Assembly (NCBI GenBank): GCA_041674405.1
Contig: JBAYVT010000003.1
Location: 30,001 to 62,000 of the forward strand
DNA length: 32,000 nt
From: Patescibacteria group bacterium
GTDB lineage: Bacteria > Patescibacteriota > UBA1384 > XYA2-FULL-43-10
Direction: 5' to 3'
Shown here: piece by piece, positions 18,025 through 25,187 of the stretch
Layout: each line of letters starts with the position of its first letter
How positions within the stretch are numbered: the stretch's first letter is position 1
The notes under the pieces: model-generated
Database searches by the model: none
What the model saw: only the letters and a program-made list of their open reading frames with translations
What the model was told of the DNA's origin: nothing
Program-made: the position numbers and the translations under genes

Positions 18025-19023
18025 TCAATTCTTAGTCTTCAATACAATGATTTTACCACGCTCAAGGCTAACCTGTAAATGATGGGGGAGAGGCAAACTT
18101 TTCCGTCCCTCTTTTTTATATAGTAGCGTTCGCACGTTTTCAATATGAGAATAGTTAATATCTTCACCGCCACCAAGGTACTCGACAGACAGGCGAAGGG
18201 TAAGTCGTGAAAGCGACGGGCTGAGAGTTGCCCATTTTTTATAATTAAGCACAATTTCACTATTACCCCTTTTTTCAATGATCTGCCTAAGTTTATCTTC
18301 TGTCACAGACTCAAGGAAATCATAATCGTCCTCGATAGCCCGCGACGTGCTTCCTAGTGCTTCAATAACATTGGGGTTGATTTTTTTAAGCTGTGGAAGG
18401 ATTCTGTGGCGAATTTTATTTCGCAGAAAATCCAAGTTAAAATTTGATTTATCTGTCCTGTACTTGATATTTTTTAATTTAAGGTATTCCAAAATATCTG
18501 TGCGTGAAAATTTGAGTAGGGGACGGATAAAATTTTCACGCTGAGAGGGGATAGATTTAAGCCCCTTTAAACCGGTACCTCTGATTAATCTCTGTACCAG
18601 GGTTTCGGCAAGGTCATTTGAATTATGTGCAAGAGCGATTTTGGCCTCTCCCCTTTCGGTTTTTAAAATTTTTTCGAAGAACTCATAGCGGGCATTCCTC
18701 GCTTCTTCTTCGCTGGCTTTTTTATTTTTTGGTTTATTGTTCCAGTCAGCTTCAATGAGTTCTACGCCATATTTTTGGCATAGTTTTTGGACAAATTTCT
18801 TGTCTCTCTCGCTCGCCGCTCCCCTCAACTTATGATTGAAATGGCATGCTTTTAAATTATTTTTTAATTTCGAGCGTAGAATTGCGAGAATATCAAAAAG
18901 GCAGACAGAATCTGGTCCGCCGGACAAGGCAACAATTACCGTGTCGCCTTCCCCTATCAACCTCTCAGCAATGATGTTTTTGTACACCTTGATAATTAAA
19001 TTTTTTTGTGAGATTTTTGGCAT
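18025..19023 (-). CDS. tilS: tRNA(Ile)-lysidine synthase
   Basis: VIVALSGGPDSVCLFDILAIL (SGGPDS PP-loop), CHFNHKLRGAASERD, ALAHNSNDLAETLVQRLIRGTGLKGL. Confidence 0.95.
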   Translation of the reverse strand: MPKISQKNLIIKVYKNIIAERLIGEGDTVIVALSGGPDSVCLFDILAILRSKLKNNLKACHFNHKLRGAASERDKKFVQKLCQKYGVELIEADWNNKPKNKKASEEEARNARYEFFEKILKTERGEAKIALAHNSNDLAETLVQRLIRGTGLKGLKSIPSQRENFIRPLLKFSRTDILEYLKLKNIKYRTDKSNFNLDFLRNKIRHRILPQLKKINPNVIEALGSTSRAIEDDYDFLESVTEDKLRQIIEKRGNSEIVLNYKKWATLSPSLSRLTLRLSVEYLGGGEDINYSHIENVRTLLYKKEGRKSLPLPHHLQVSLERGKIIVLKTKN

Positions 19024-19127
19024 ATTTTAGCTCCCAACGCCTCAAAATTCTAGCACAAAATTACGTTCATATCCATAGAAAATGTCTGACTAATTGTTTT
19101 TGTATTTGGTATTTACTCTTTAATGAA

Positions 19128-19165
19128 CGTATTAAAACCCTCACGATCGTGAGGGTTTTAATACG
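19128..19165. repeat. 38-bp palindromic element E (perfect)
   Basis: CGTATTAAAACCCTCACGATCGTGAGGGTTTTAATACG; the perfect palindrome extends to 19126..19167 (42 bp); centre 19146.5. Confidence 0.95.
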
Positions 19166-19190
19166 TTGCCCCATTTTTCAAGCAATTGGA

Positions 19191-19219
19191 TTGACTTTTC
19201 GAACAAAATTTTATATACT
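19191..19219 (+). promoter_or_regulatory. sigma70-type promoter for the tRNA-fMet/tRNA-Met unit
   Basis: TTGACT (19191-19196) - 17 bp - TATACT (19214-19219); tRNA 5' end at 19235. Confidence 0.8.
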
Positions 19220-19234
19220 TTTTAAGTAATATTC

Positions 19235-19311
19235 TGCGGGGTGGAGCAGCCCGGTAGCTCGCATGGCTCATAACCATGAGGTCGTTGGTTCAAATCCAAC
19301 CCCCGCGACCA
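19235..19311 (+). tRNA. initiator tRNA-fMet(CAT)
   Basis: TGCGGGGTGGAGCAGCCCGGTAGCTCGCATGGCTCATAACCATGAGGTCGTTGGTTCAAATCCAACCCCCGCGACCA; non-Watson-Crick 1:72 (T:G), CTCATAA loop, close to the canonical initiator sequence. Confidence 0.93.
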
Positions 19312-19319
19312 AATTTAAA

Positions 19320-19384
19320 AGTTTCTAGTTGCTAGATACTAGTGGCTAGAATTTTTTAACTAGAAACTATAAACTAATAACTAG
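19320..19384. repeat. CTAG heptad array with 11-bp terminal-like inverted repeat
   Basis: TTTCTAG TTGCTAG ATACTAG TGGCTAG ... ACTAGAA ACTATAA ACTAATA ACTAG; AGTTTCTAGTT (19320-19330) versus AACTAGAAACT (19358-19368). Confidence 0.85.
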
Positions 19385-19385
19385 C

Positions 19386-19462
19386 GGCAGGGTAGCTCAG
19401 ATGGTTAGAGCGTGGGACTCATAAGCCCGAGGTCGTGGGTTCGATCCCCACCCCTGCTACCA
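19386..19462 (+). tRNA. elongator tRNA-Met(CAT)
   Basis: Acceptor GGCAGGG/CCCTGCT (G1:T72), D-arm GCTC/GAGC, loop CTCATAA, T-arm GTGGG-TTCGATC-CCCAC, ACCA. A4:T69/G5:C68 argue against a TilS substrate. Confidence 0.85.
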
Positions 19463-19528
19463 GCAAATAATATGGCGATTCGCAAGAATCGTTATTTTAT
19501 TTGTTAAGAAGATCGGATCGAACCCAAC

Positions 19529-20479
19529 CTAGTCAGATTCTTTACGACTCGAGATCAAATAAAGAAGAATATAATATATTACAAGCTCGGCAAGTTCGAG
19601 CCAAACAAAATATTGGCACCATTTGACCGGATTGTAATAATCATGCAAAATCCAATGGACTAAGTACAATACCACGCCGCCAAAAATCGGCCAAACCCAT
19701 CCGAACACGAACCCATTTGCACGATAATTAAAATAGCCATATACAATTAGAAATAAAGCGTAAACGATAAACAAAATCCACCACCAATAGCAATAGATCA
19801 GCGAGCTTGTTTCTGCTCCCAGCGCTTCCCCATCCTCCGACTCATCTTGCACAAAATTCCCATTCGGATTTGTTGATGCCTGGATGTTTTCAACTGGTGT
19901 GATTTCCGCCAACTGATTGCCAGTACTAAAATTTTGGTTGTTAAATTGGTCAAAGTTATTTGTAGATTCAGATTGGTCTGTGCTCTCGTTACCCACTACG
20001 AAGTTAAATGATGAAGTCAAAGTCCCTTGGTAATCATTTCCAACCCCAGCGGGCAAAATAGCAATGAAATCAATATTGACAGAGCTCCCTGGGGCTATAG
20101 AACCGACTATCACATTACTTTGGGGACTTTTTGCGATATCAGCAATCGTCTTATTCCAAACAGGAACCCCATATACTCTTGGTTCCAGCCTCAACATATT
20201 GGCAAGAGATCCGAGTGGACCATCAGTGGCGATTGAGAAAGAATGTGCGACGTTCCCAGTATTTTCAACAGTTACCGTCTTGACCGTTTCAAATCCTGGC
20301 GCAATGTTGGTTTCGTTAAAAAGTGGGCCAGTCCCATCATAGGTAATTTTCAACACGCCCGCATTTACTTCTGCAGCGTTCACTCTATAGGCAAAAACAA
20401 AAGTTGAGATCAGGCCAACTATTAGCGAGGCTACCAACAGACACAAGATTAAATTTTGTTTTAGGAAGCTCTTCATCAT
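19529..20479 (-). CDS. TasA/camelysin-like N-terminal domain with C-terminal multi-TM region
   Basis: N-terminal signal/TM; VNAGVLKITYDGTGPLFNETNIAPGFETVKTVTVENTGNVAHSFSI; hydrophobic Trp/Tyr-rich C-terminus with about 3-4 TMs. Confidence 0.65.
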   Translation of the reverse strand: MMKSFLKQNLILCLLVASLIVGLISTFVFAYRVNAAEVNAGVLKITYDGTGPLFNETNIAPGFETVKTVTVENTGNVAHSFSIATDGPLGSLANMLRLEPRVYGVPVWNKTIADIAKSPQSNVIVGSIAPGSSVNIDFIAILPAGVGNDYQGTLTSSFNFVVGNESTDQSESTNNFDQFNNQNFSTGNQLAEITPVENIQASTNPNGNFVQDESEDGEALGAETSSLIYCYWWWILFIVYALFLIVYGYFNYRANGFVFGWVWPIFGGVVLYLVHWILHDYYNPVKWCQYFVWLELAELVIYYILLYLISSRKESD

Positions 20480-21105
20480 GCTCCTGGCGTCGGTGTTGTT
20501 AAATCAATAAAATCTGAAGCAAGATCCGAATCAAACCCAAGAGAACTTCTCGACAACGAATGACCAGCGGTAACATCGGGACATGCTGGGTTCCATACAG
20601 CGGTATCTGTACCATAATTCATTTGATCGACAGTAGTCCCAGAAGGGTTATTTAAGATTATTCTATCTCCGGCATTGCTAAGCCAATCAGTATTCCCGCC
20701 AAGGTTGATTGTCACTATATTGTCCCCGCTTGGGTTGCCCCAAAGCTGCCAAGTATTGTTATCATGTGACAACAAAACGAAACCATGAGCCGGAATACTC
20801 ACATCCGGATTGATGGTTTTAGTATAGTAGTTGTCTGAGATAGACCAACCTTTTATGTTAATTTCGACATCATTTGGATTGTACAATTCGATCCATTCAT
20901 TTTTTCCCTCGTCACCGTGGAGAGCATCAACATCATAGTAGACTTCGTTAATTACGACTCTATCTGGCGACGGTGTTTCCCAGGTTCCGGTTTGAAAAGT
21001 ATTATCTGAAACTTCAACTTGATCTGTAAAAACTGCGTTTGTGGCAAAACTTGCCAAACACATTACTGCGGAAATAATGAACGCGCTTTTAATAATTTTT
21101 AACAT
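20476..21105 (-). CDS. lamin-tail-domain (LTD) secreted protein with SipW-type N-terminal signal
   Basis: N-terminus MLKIIKSAFIISAVMCLASFATNAVFTDQVEVSDNTFQTGTWE; then VVINEVYYDVD...NEWIELYNPNDVEINIKGWSISDN...AGDRIILNNPSGTTVDQMNYG (LTD pattern). Confidence 0.8.
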   Translation of the reverse strand: MLKIIKSAFIISAVMCLASFATNAVFTDQVEVSDNTFQTGTWETPSPDRVVINEVYYDVDALHGDEGKNEWIELYNPNDVEINIKGWSISDNYYTKTINPDVSIPAHGFVLLSHDNNTWQLWGNPSGDNIVTINLGGNTDWLSNAGDRIILNNPSGTTVDQMNYGTDTAVWNPACPDVTAGHSLSRSSLGFDSDLASDFIDLTTPTPGA

Positions 21106-21106
21106 G

Positions 21107-21667
21107 TCATTCCCCTTTGTTCTTAGTCGTCTTTACGGTCGCCTTTTTCGCCTTTTTGCGATCGGCAATTTCTTTCTTAATCTTGGATATCTCATCATAT
21201 ACGATAATCGTTGCTGGAACAATTATGATTATAATTAATCCTGGAACTGTCCTGGAAAAGCCGATGGGATAACCAATATACGGAACCTTCAAAACCACTT
21301 TTCCAACTACATTATCTTGCAGGACATAGAATTCGTCCGGAACACTATTTGCATCCCCTTTGGTCCGGTATTTTACCGTACCATTGTCGGTAGATAGTTC
21401 AACAATTCTATGAGTTATCTTTTCGTTGGGCTTTTCAATACTTTTATAAGTAATAATATCATTAACGTAATAATTATTTTCAGACTTCGTTATTATCAAA
21501 CTACCCGTTTTGATTGCTGGTTCCATTGATCCAGACTGGACGGTTAAAAATCTGACACCCCCAATAGATAATTTTGCCAAAATCGCTGCGACTGCAAACA
21601 AAATTACGATTGCAAATACAATCCAAGTAATGATCTTCCAGTAATCTACCTTTTTTACATTAGTCAT
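21107..21667 (-). CDS. signal peptidase I, SipW/ER-type (S26B-like)
   Basis: TVQSGSMEPAIKTGSLIITK, ITHRIVEL (His rather than Lys), YRTKGDANSVPDEF, VVGKV; TMs at both ends. Confidence 0.88.
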   Translation of the reverse strand: MTNVKKVDYWKIITWIVFAIVILFAVAAILAKLSIGGVRFLTVQSGSMEPAIKTGSLIITKSENNYYVNDIITYKSIEKPNEKITHRIVELSTDNGTVKYRTKGDANSVPDEFYVLQDNVVGKVVLKVPYIGYPIGFSRTVPGLIIIIIVPATIIVYDEISKIKKEIADRKKAKKATVKTTKNKGE

Positions 21668-21698
21668 ATTAATTTTTTTCTGCTTTAAAACCCAGTTA

Positions 21699-21719
21699 GG
21701 CCGCTTTCATAAAGCGGCC
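21699..21719 (-). promoter_or_regulatory. intercistronic hairpin between TasA-like gene and sipW-like gene
   Basis: GGCCGCTTT-CAT-AAAGCGGCC (9-bp perfect arms); no long T-tract immediately after it on the minus strand. Confidence 0.6.
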
Positions 21720-21735
21720 CTTAAGGTTTTTAAAC

Positions 21736-22263
21736 CTACAGACTGCTTTGAGCATCCATAACTATATTGAATCCAGTTGCAAGACCTTGGACACTATCAC
21801 CAGTTGCAAGCGGAAGAGTGACCTTGACCCAAATTCTTTGTGACCAACCAGCAGGCATTGGATTGAAAGCAAAAGCACTTGAGTTTATCCTATTTGCGGA
21901 ACCAGTAATACCATCCAGGGAACCTGAATAAATTAAAGCACCCGATGAATCATTATTTCTCATCTCAACTGTTAGAGCATCATAAAGAGCGTTGTCCATT
22001 GTTGTATCTACGTGGACAAAATAATATGCTGGCAACGTCCCGATATTCATGACGTCCATATATTTATTTGTTGTATCACCAGGCTTCATGTTAGAAACCG
22101 AGAATGGTAGACCAGCCTCTTTGTTAATTTGTATTTTCAAAGTGCCTGTCGCAAACGAATTCCCATTAACTGACGCTTGGCTCGTAAACACTGCCGATGT
22201 TGCCCCAATTGCAAGGGCAGCAACAATTGCGATCACTGATAGACTTTTTACAATTCTTAACAT
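21736..22263 (-). CDS. TasA/camelysin-like SipW-dependent secreted protein
   Basis: MLRIVKSLSVIAIVAALAIGATSAVFTSQASVNGNSFATGTLKIQIN...VSNMKPGDTTNKYMDVMNIGTLPAYYFVHV. ATG at 22263 with AAGGAG SD preferred over the track start 22299. Confidence 0.82.
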   Translation of the reverse strand: MLRIVKSLSVIAIVAALAIGATSAVFTSQASVNGNSFATGTLKIQINKEAGLPFSVSNMKPGDTTNKYMDVMNIGTLPAYYFVHVDTTMDNALYDALTVEMRNNDSSGALIYSGSLDGITGSANRINSSAFAFNPMPAGWSQRIWVKVTLPLATGDSVQGLATGFNIVMDAQSSL

Positions 22264-22441
22264 AATAACTCCTTCTTTCATAATTTTGAAATTATTCATA
22301 AGGCATCGACCACCCCCAAAGTGGCCTTATGTTAAGCTAACATTAAAAACCAATGAGCACAAACATTCCAAATTGCAAAGACAATTTGTTTTTCATGAGC
22401 TAAATATATGCCCGGCAATATATACCTGTCAATAGTTGAGT

Positions 22442-22867
22442 TCAATTAAAAAAATATTTTATCCAAAGCCTATAATTAGGTGTTTTTATCGTCTTCTCGG
22501 TTCTGCCCAGATCAGCAACTTGATCCTCCGGGGTGTCTTTGGGTAACACAATCACTTTTTCCCCGGGTGCCATATAACCCAATTTTGCCCGCGCCTCCTT
22601 TTCTTTAAACGACTGGGTCTTGTAATATGCTATTTCCATTTGCAACATCTCAACATCTGATTGTAATTTCGCGACCCTTTGCCTTTCCCCTTCGACTTGT
22701 TTATTCGATTCATAATTTACCCAGATACTACGTCCTACGACGAACAAAAGGTATAAAATAAAAGCAAAAATCAGCAAATTGCTGAATGTCATCGGCAAAA
22801 TTGATTCTATCCTGTCTTTGGTTCTGGCAAAAAAACCTTTCCGTTCCATAATATTATTATACAACAA
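22442..22867 (-). CDS. septum formation initiator family (FtsB/DivIC-like)
   Basis: Short N-terminus, one TM (FSNLLIFAFILYLLFVVGRS), coiled-coil VEGERQRVAKLQSDVEMLQMEIAYYKTQSFKEKEARAKLGYMAPGEKVIVLP. Confidence 0.8.
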   Translation of the reverse strand: MLYNNIMERKGFFARTKDRIESILPMTFSNLLIFAFILYLLFVVGRSIWVNYESNKQVEGERQRVAKLQSDVEMLQMEIAYYKTQSFKEKEARAKLGYMAPGEKVIVLPKDTPEDQVADLGRTEKTIKTPNYRLWIKYFFN

Positions 22868-22882
22868 AGTTTATCCAAGACT

Positions 22883-22914
22883 AAAAGAAGCTCCGTGTTC
22901 ACGGAGCTTCTTTT
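22883..22914 (-). terminator. intrinsic terminator
   Basis: AAAAGAAGCTCCGTG-TT-CACGGAGCTTCTTTT, exact arms, between the FN3 gene stop and the DivIC-like start. Confidence 0.85.
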
Positions 22915-22933
22915 TTGAATGCCTATGCGTAAA

Positions 22934-24745
22934 TTACCATCTTCTGGATTTTTTATTATTTTTTGGCGCTACTTTTTTGGCTGAGTCTTTCTTTACTGGA
23001 GCCGCCACAATTTTCTTTTCTTTAACTACAGCCGTTGCCGCAGTTCCTTCGCTATCGCCGCCAAACCAGTAAAAATATCCGCCCGTGGCCGCACCAGCCA
23101 ACAGAATCAAGATGAAGAGTATGATCCACGGGGTCCAGTTGATTTTATTATCTTCCGAATCATTACTGGTATCCTCAGCGGCTTTTATCTGCCCATTTTG
23201 GTCAAGATCGGATTGCTCTTCACCAGAAGGAGCCGCTGTAGCAGCTTGGGCTGTAGCAGGAGCTGTGAAAGAAACAGCCGTGGCATTACTGGTGGTTACA
23301 CTTGGCCCAACGACCGGAACTGGTGCAGTTAATTTGACAGAAACAACTTCAGAGCTTGAGGTTTCAGTCGCGCTCTTAGCAACAACCTTGACGGAATAAT
23401 CACCATAAGAAGCAACTGACACATTTTCCTTGTAAGCATTACCTTTATCATCAGCAGCAACCGAAATGGTTTTGGAAATAATTCCGTTCACATAAATTTC
23501 GTATGAAGTAACACCGCCACCGACCCCGTTGAAGGAAACATTTATACTCTTTCCATCACCCGGAGTAGCCGCAACAACAGGAGTAGGCAAATAGTCTACA
23601 TGCGCATTAATTACATTCGAAATCGCCGACTCATTCCCAGCATTGTCGAAAGCTTTTACGTAATAGATAAAATCGCCATTACCTGGCATATCTGTATATT
23701 TCGCATCCGTAATCAATGCCAAGTTAAGAGAAACATCGGTTGGGCTTGGGACTTCAGTGCTTAAAATTCTATAAACATTGTACCCGGCAATGCCATTTGC
23801 GTCGGTCGAATCACTCCATGCAAGATCAACTTCATTCTTCACTACATTGCCGGCCAAATCCGTAATCGCTGTTGGAACCACGGTGTCGACGGTGAATGAC
23901 GAAATTCCGGCCATTTTTGAATCCTTTTCGCCATCAGAAGCTATGACATACCAGTAATACTGGCCGTCGGATAATTTATGTGGATTTGTGCTCTGAAAAC
24001 TTGTAGAAGTTAAGCCGGTTTTGTGAATCTTGGCGGCACTATCACCAACTTTATACACGAATAATTCATAAGTAATGGCGTCATTATCCGAATCCGTCGA
24101 TGGTTGCCATACAAATTCTGGATTTTGGCTCTTAACATACGAGCTATCTGCCGGCGATGTCATCACGGGAGCAGTTGGGGCAGTATCTTCAGAAACAAAT
24201 GTCACCTTGAAGTTCACAAACGAGTTGTTGCCATCATCAGAATTTTTTCCTAACAGCTTGATATTAACATCACTCTTTCCATAGAAATGATAATCATCAT
24301 TTAGAGAATAATAGCCCGATAGCTTACCATTATCTGTGCTGGTCTTATCAGCCTTTTTTGTTTGGTCAATACTTGGAATAATCTCAGTTGCACCTGCGCC
24401 TTGTGATATTTCATAAGTAGCTTGGTGCGTGTGATTATTCCACACTCTCCACTCTGCTTCAATTTTATAAATTCCCGGCAGATCGACTGAATTATCCAAG
24501 GCATCATCCGCTTCTACGTATGCGCCTACCACACTACCATCAGTGTAAAGTTCTTTTCCATAAGCGTTGGTGTAAGTATGCCACTCAGCTGACGGAAAAG
24601 CAGTAACACCAGAAACACCAATAATTTTTTCCGGTGCGGCTGCCATGGCCGGTTTGGCGGTTAAAATTCCTGTATAAAGCGATGCGGGTATCATCAGCAT
24701 TGTTGCAAGCAGGCATACCACCCACTTTTTAGTTCTTAATCTCAT
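22934..24745 (-). CDS. secreted/anchored surface protein with fibronectin type III-like repeats and C-terminal TM
   Basis: N-terminal signal MRLRTKKWVVCLLATMLMIPASLYTG; repeated FN3-type segments (PEFVWQPSTDSDNDAITYELFVYK...QYYWYVIASDGEKDS; VDLAWSDSTDANGIAGYNVYRI); C-terminal TM and basic tail. ATG 24745 preferred to GTG 24793. Confidence 0.85.
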   Translation of the reverse strand: MRLRTKKWVVCLLATMLMIPASLYTGILTAKPAMAAAPEKIIGVSGVTAFPSAEWHTYTNAYGKELYTDGSVVGAYVEADDALDNSVDLPGIYKIEAEWRVWNNHTHQATYEISQGAGATEIIPSIDQTKKADKTSTDNGKLSGYYSLNDDYHFYGKSDVNIKLLGKNSDDGNNSFVNFKVTFVSEDTAPTAPVMTSPADSSYVKSQNPEFVWQPSTDSDNDAITYELFVYKVGDSAAKIHKTGLTSTSFQSTNPHKLSDGQYYWYVIASDGEKDSKMAGISSFTVDTVVPTAITDLAGNVVKNEVDLAWSDSTDANGIAGYNVYRILSTEVPSPTDVSLNLALITDAKYTDMPGNGDFIYYVKAFDNAGNESAISNVINAHVDYLPTPVVAATPGDGKSINVSFNGVGGGVTSYEIYVNGIISKTISVAADDKGNAYKENVSVASYGDYSVKVVAKSATETSSSEVVSVKLTAPVPVVGPSVTTSNATAVSFTAPATAQAATAAPSGEEQSDLDQNGQIKAAEDTSNDSEDNKINWTPWIILFILILLAGAATGGYFYWFGGDSEGTAATAVVKEKKIVAAPVKKDSAKKVAPKNNKKSRRW

Positions 24746-25033
24746 AAAACCTCTCTCATTGTTAAATTTTAATACAGACAAAAAAGCTAACACAAAACGT
24801 TAACACTTTAGCAATCTAGATTGTTAAATTCCCTCCAGAATACGAGAAACCTCGTTTGGTCTAGGTCTGCCCTCACTTTTTCGGGAATTTTTGATGATTT
24901 CAGCTATTTATTTTTCCTAAAGCAAATTTGCCTTAAGATGAGTTCACTTTCGCCATATCCTACCCATAGTCGAAGTATCACACTTTATCATACTTTTTAC
25001 TGACCATAAGCAGTGCTTTTCTGGCTGAGGAGT

Positions 25034-25062
25034 AGAATATCAATCATGTTATCGCTTGTCAA
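25034..25062 (-). promoter_or_regulatory. sigma70-type promoter upstream of FN3 surface gene
   Basis: Minus strand TTGACA (25062-25057) - 17 bp - TATTCT (25039-25034). Confidence 0.6.
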
Positions 25063-25127
25063 ATTTATATTTTTTCTAGCCCCCACCTTATAAATAATAA
25101 GTTATCCACAAGAGATATCACACAGTA

Positions 25128-25155
25128 ACAAAAAAGCCCTGAAGGGCTTTTTTGT
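25128..25155 (-). terminator. intrinsic terminator of the CAP-domain gene
   Basis: ACAAAAAAGCCCT-GA-AGGGCTTTTTTGT, 33 bp beyond the stop codon. Confidence 0.85.
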
Positions 25156-25187
25156 ATTTTTATTCATCTCAATTTTTTTGTTATACA

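Noticed and set aside
19463-19500. Strong terminator after the 316-aa surface gene
   Set aside because: CGATTC-GCAA-GAATCG has only a 6-bp clean stem with imperfect extension and sits directly after tRNA-Met; possible but too weak to list as a feature.
24821-25003. 60-aa plus-strand ORF in the leader region
   Set aside because: No SD, no similarity to a known motif, and it lies across the putative minus-strand leader; judged spurious.
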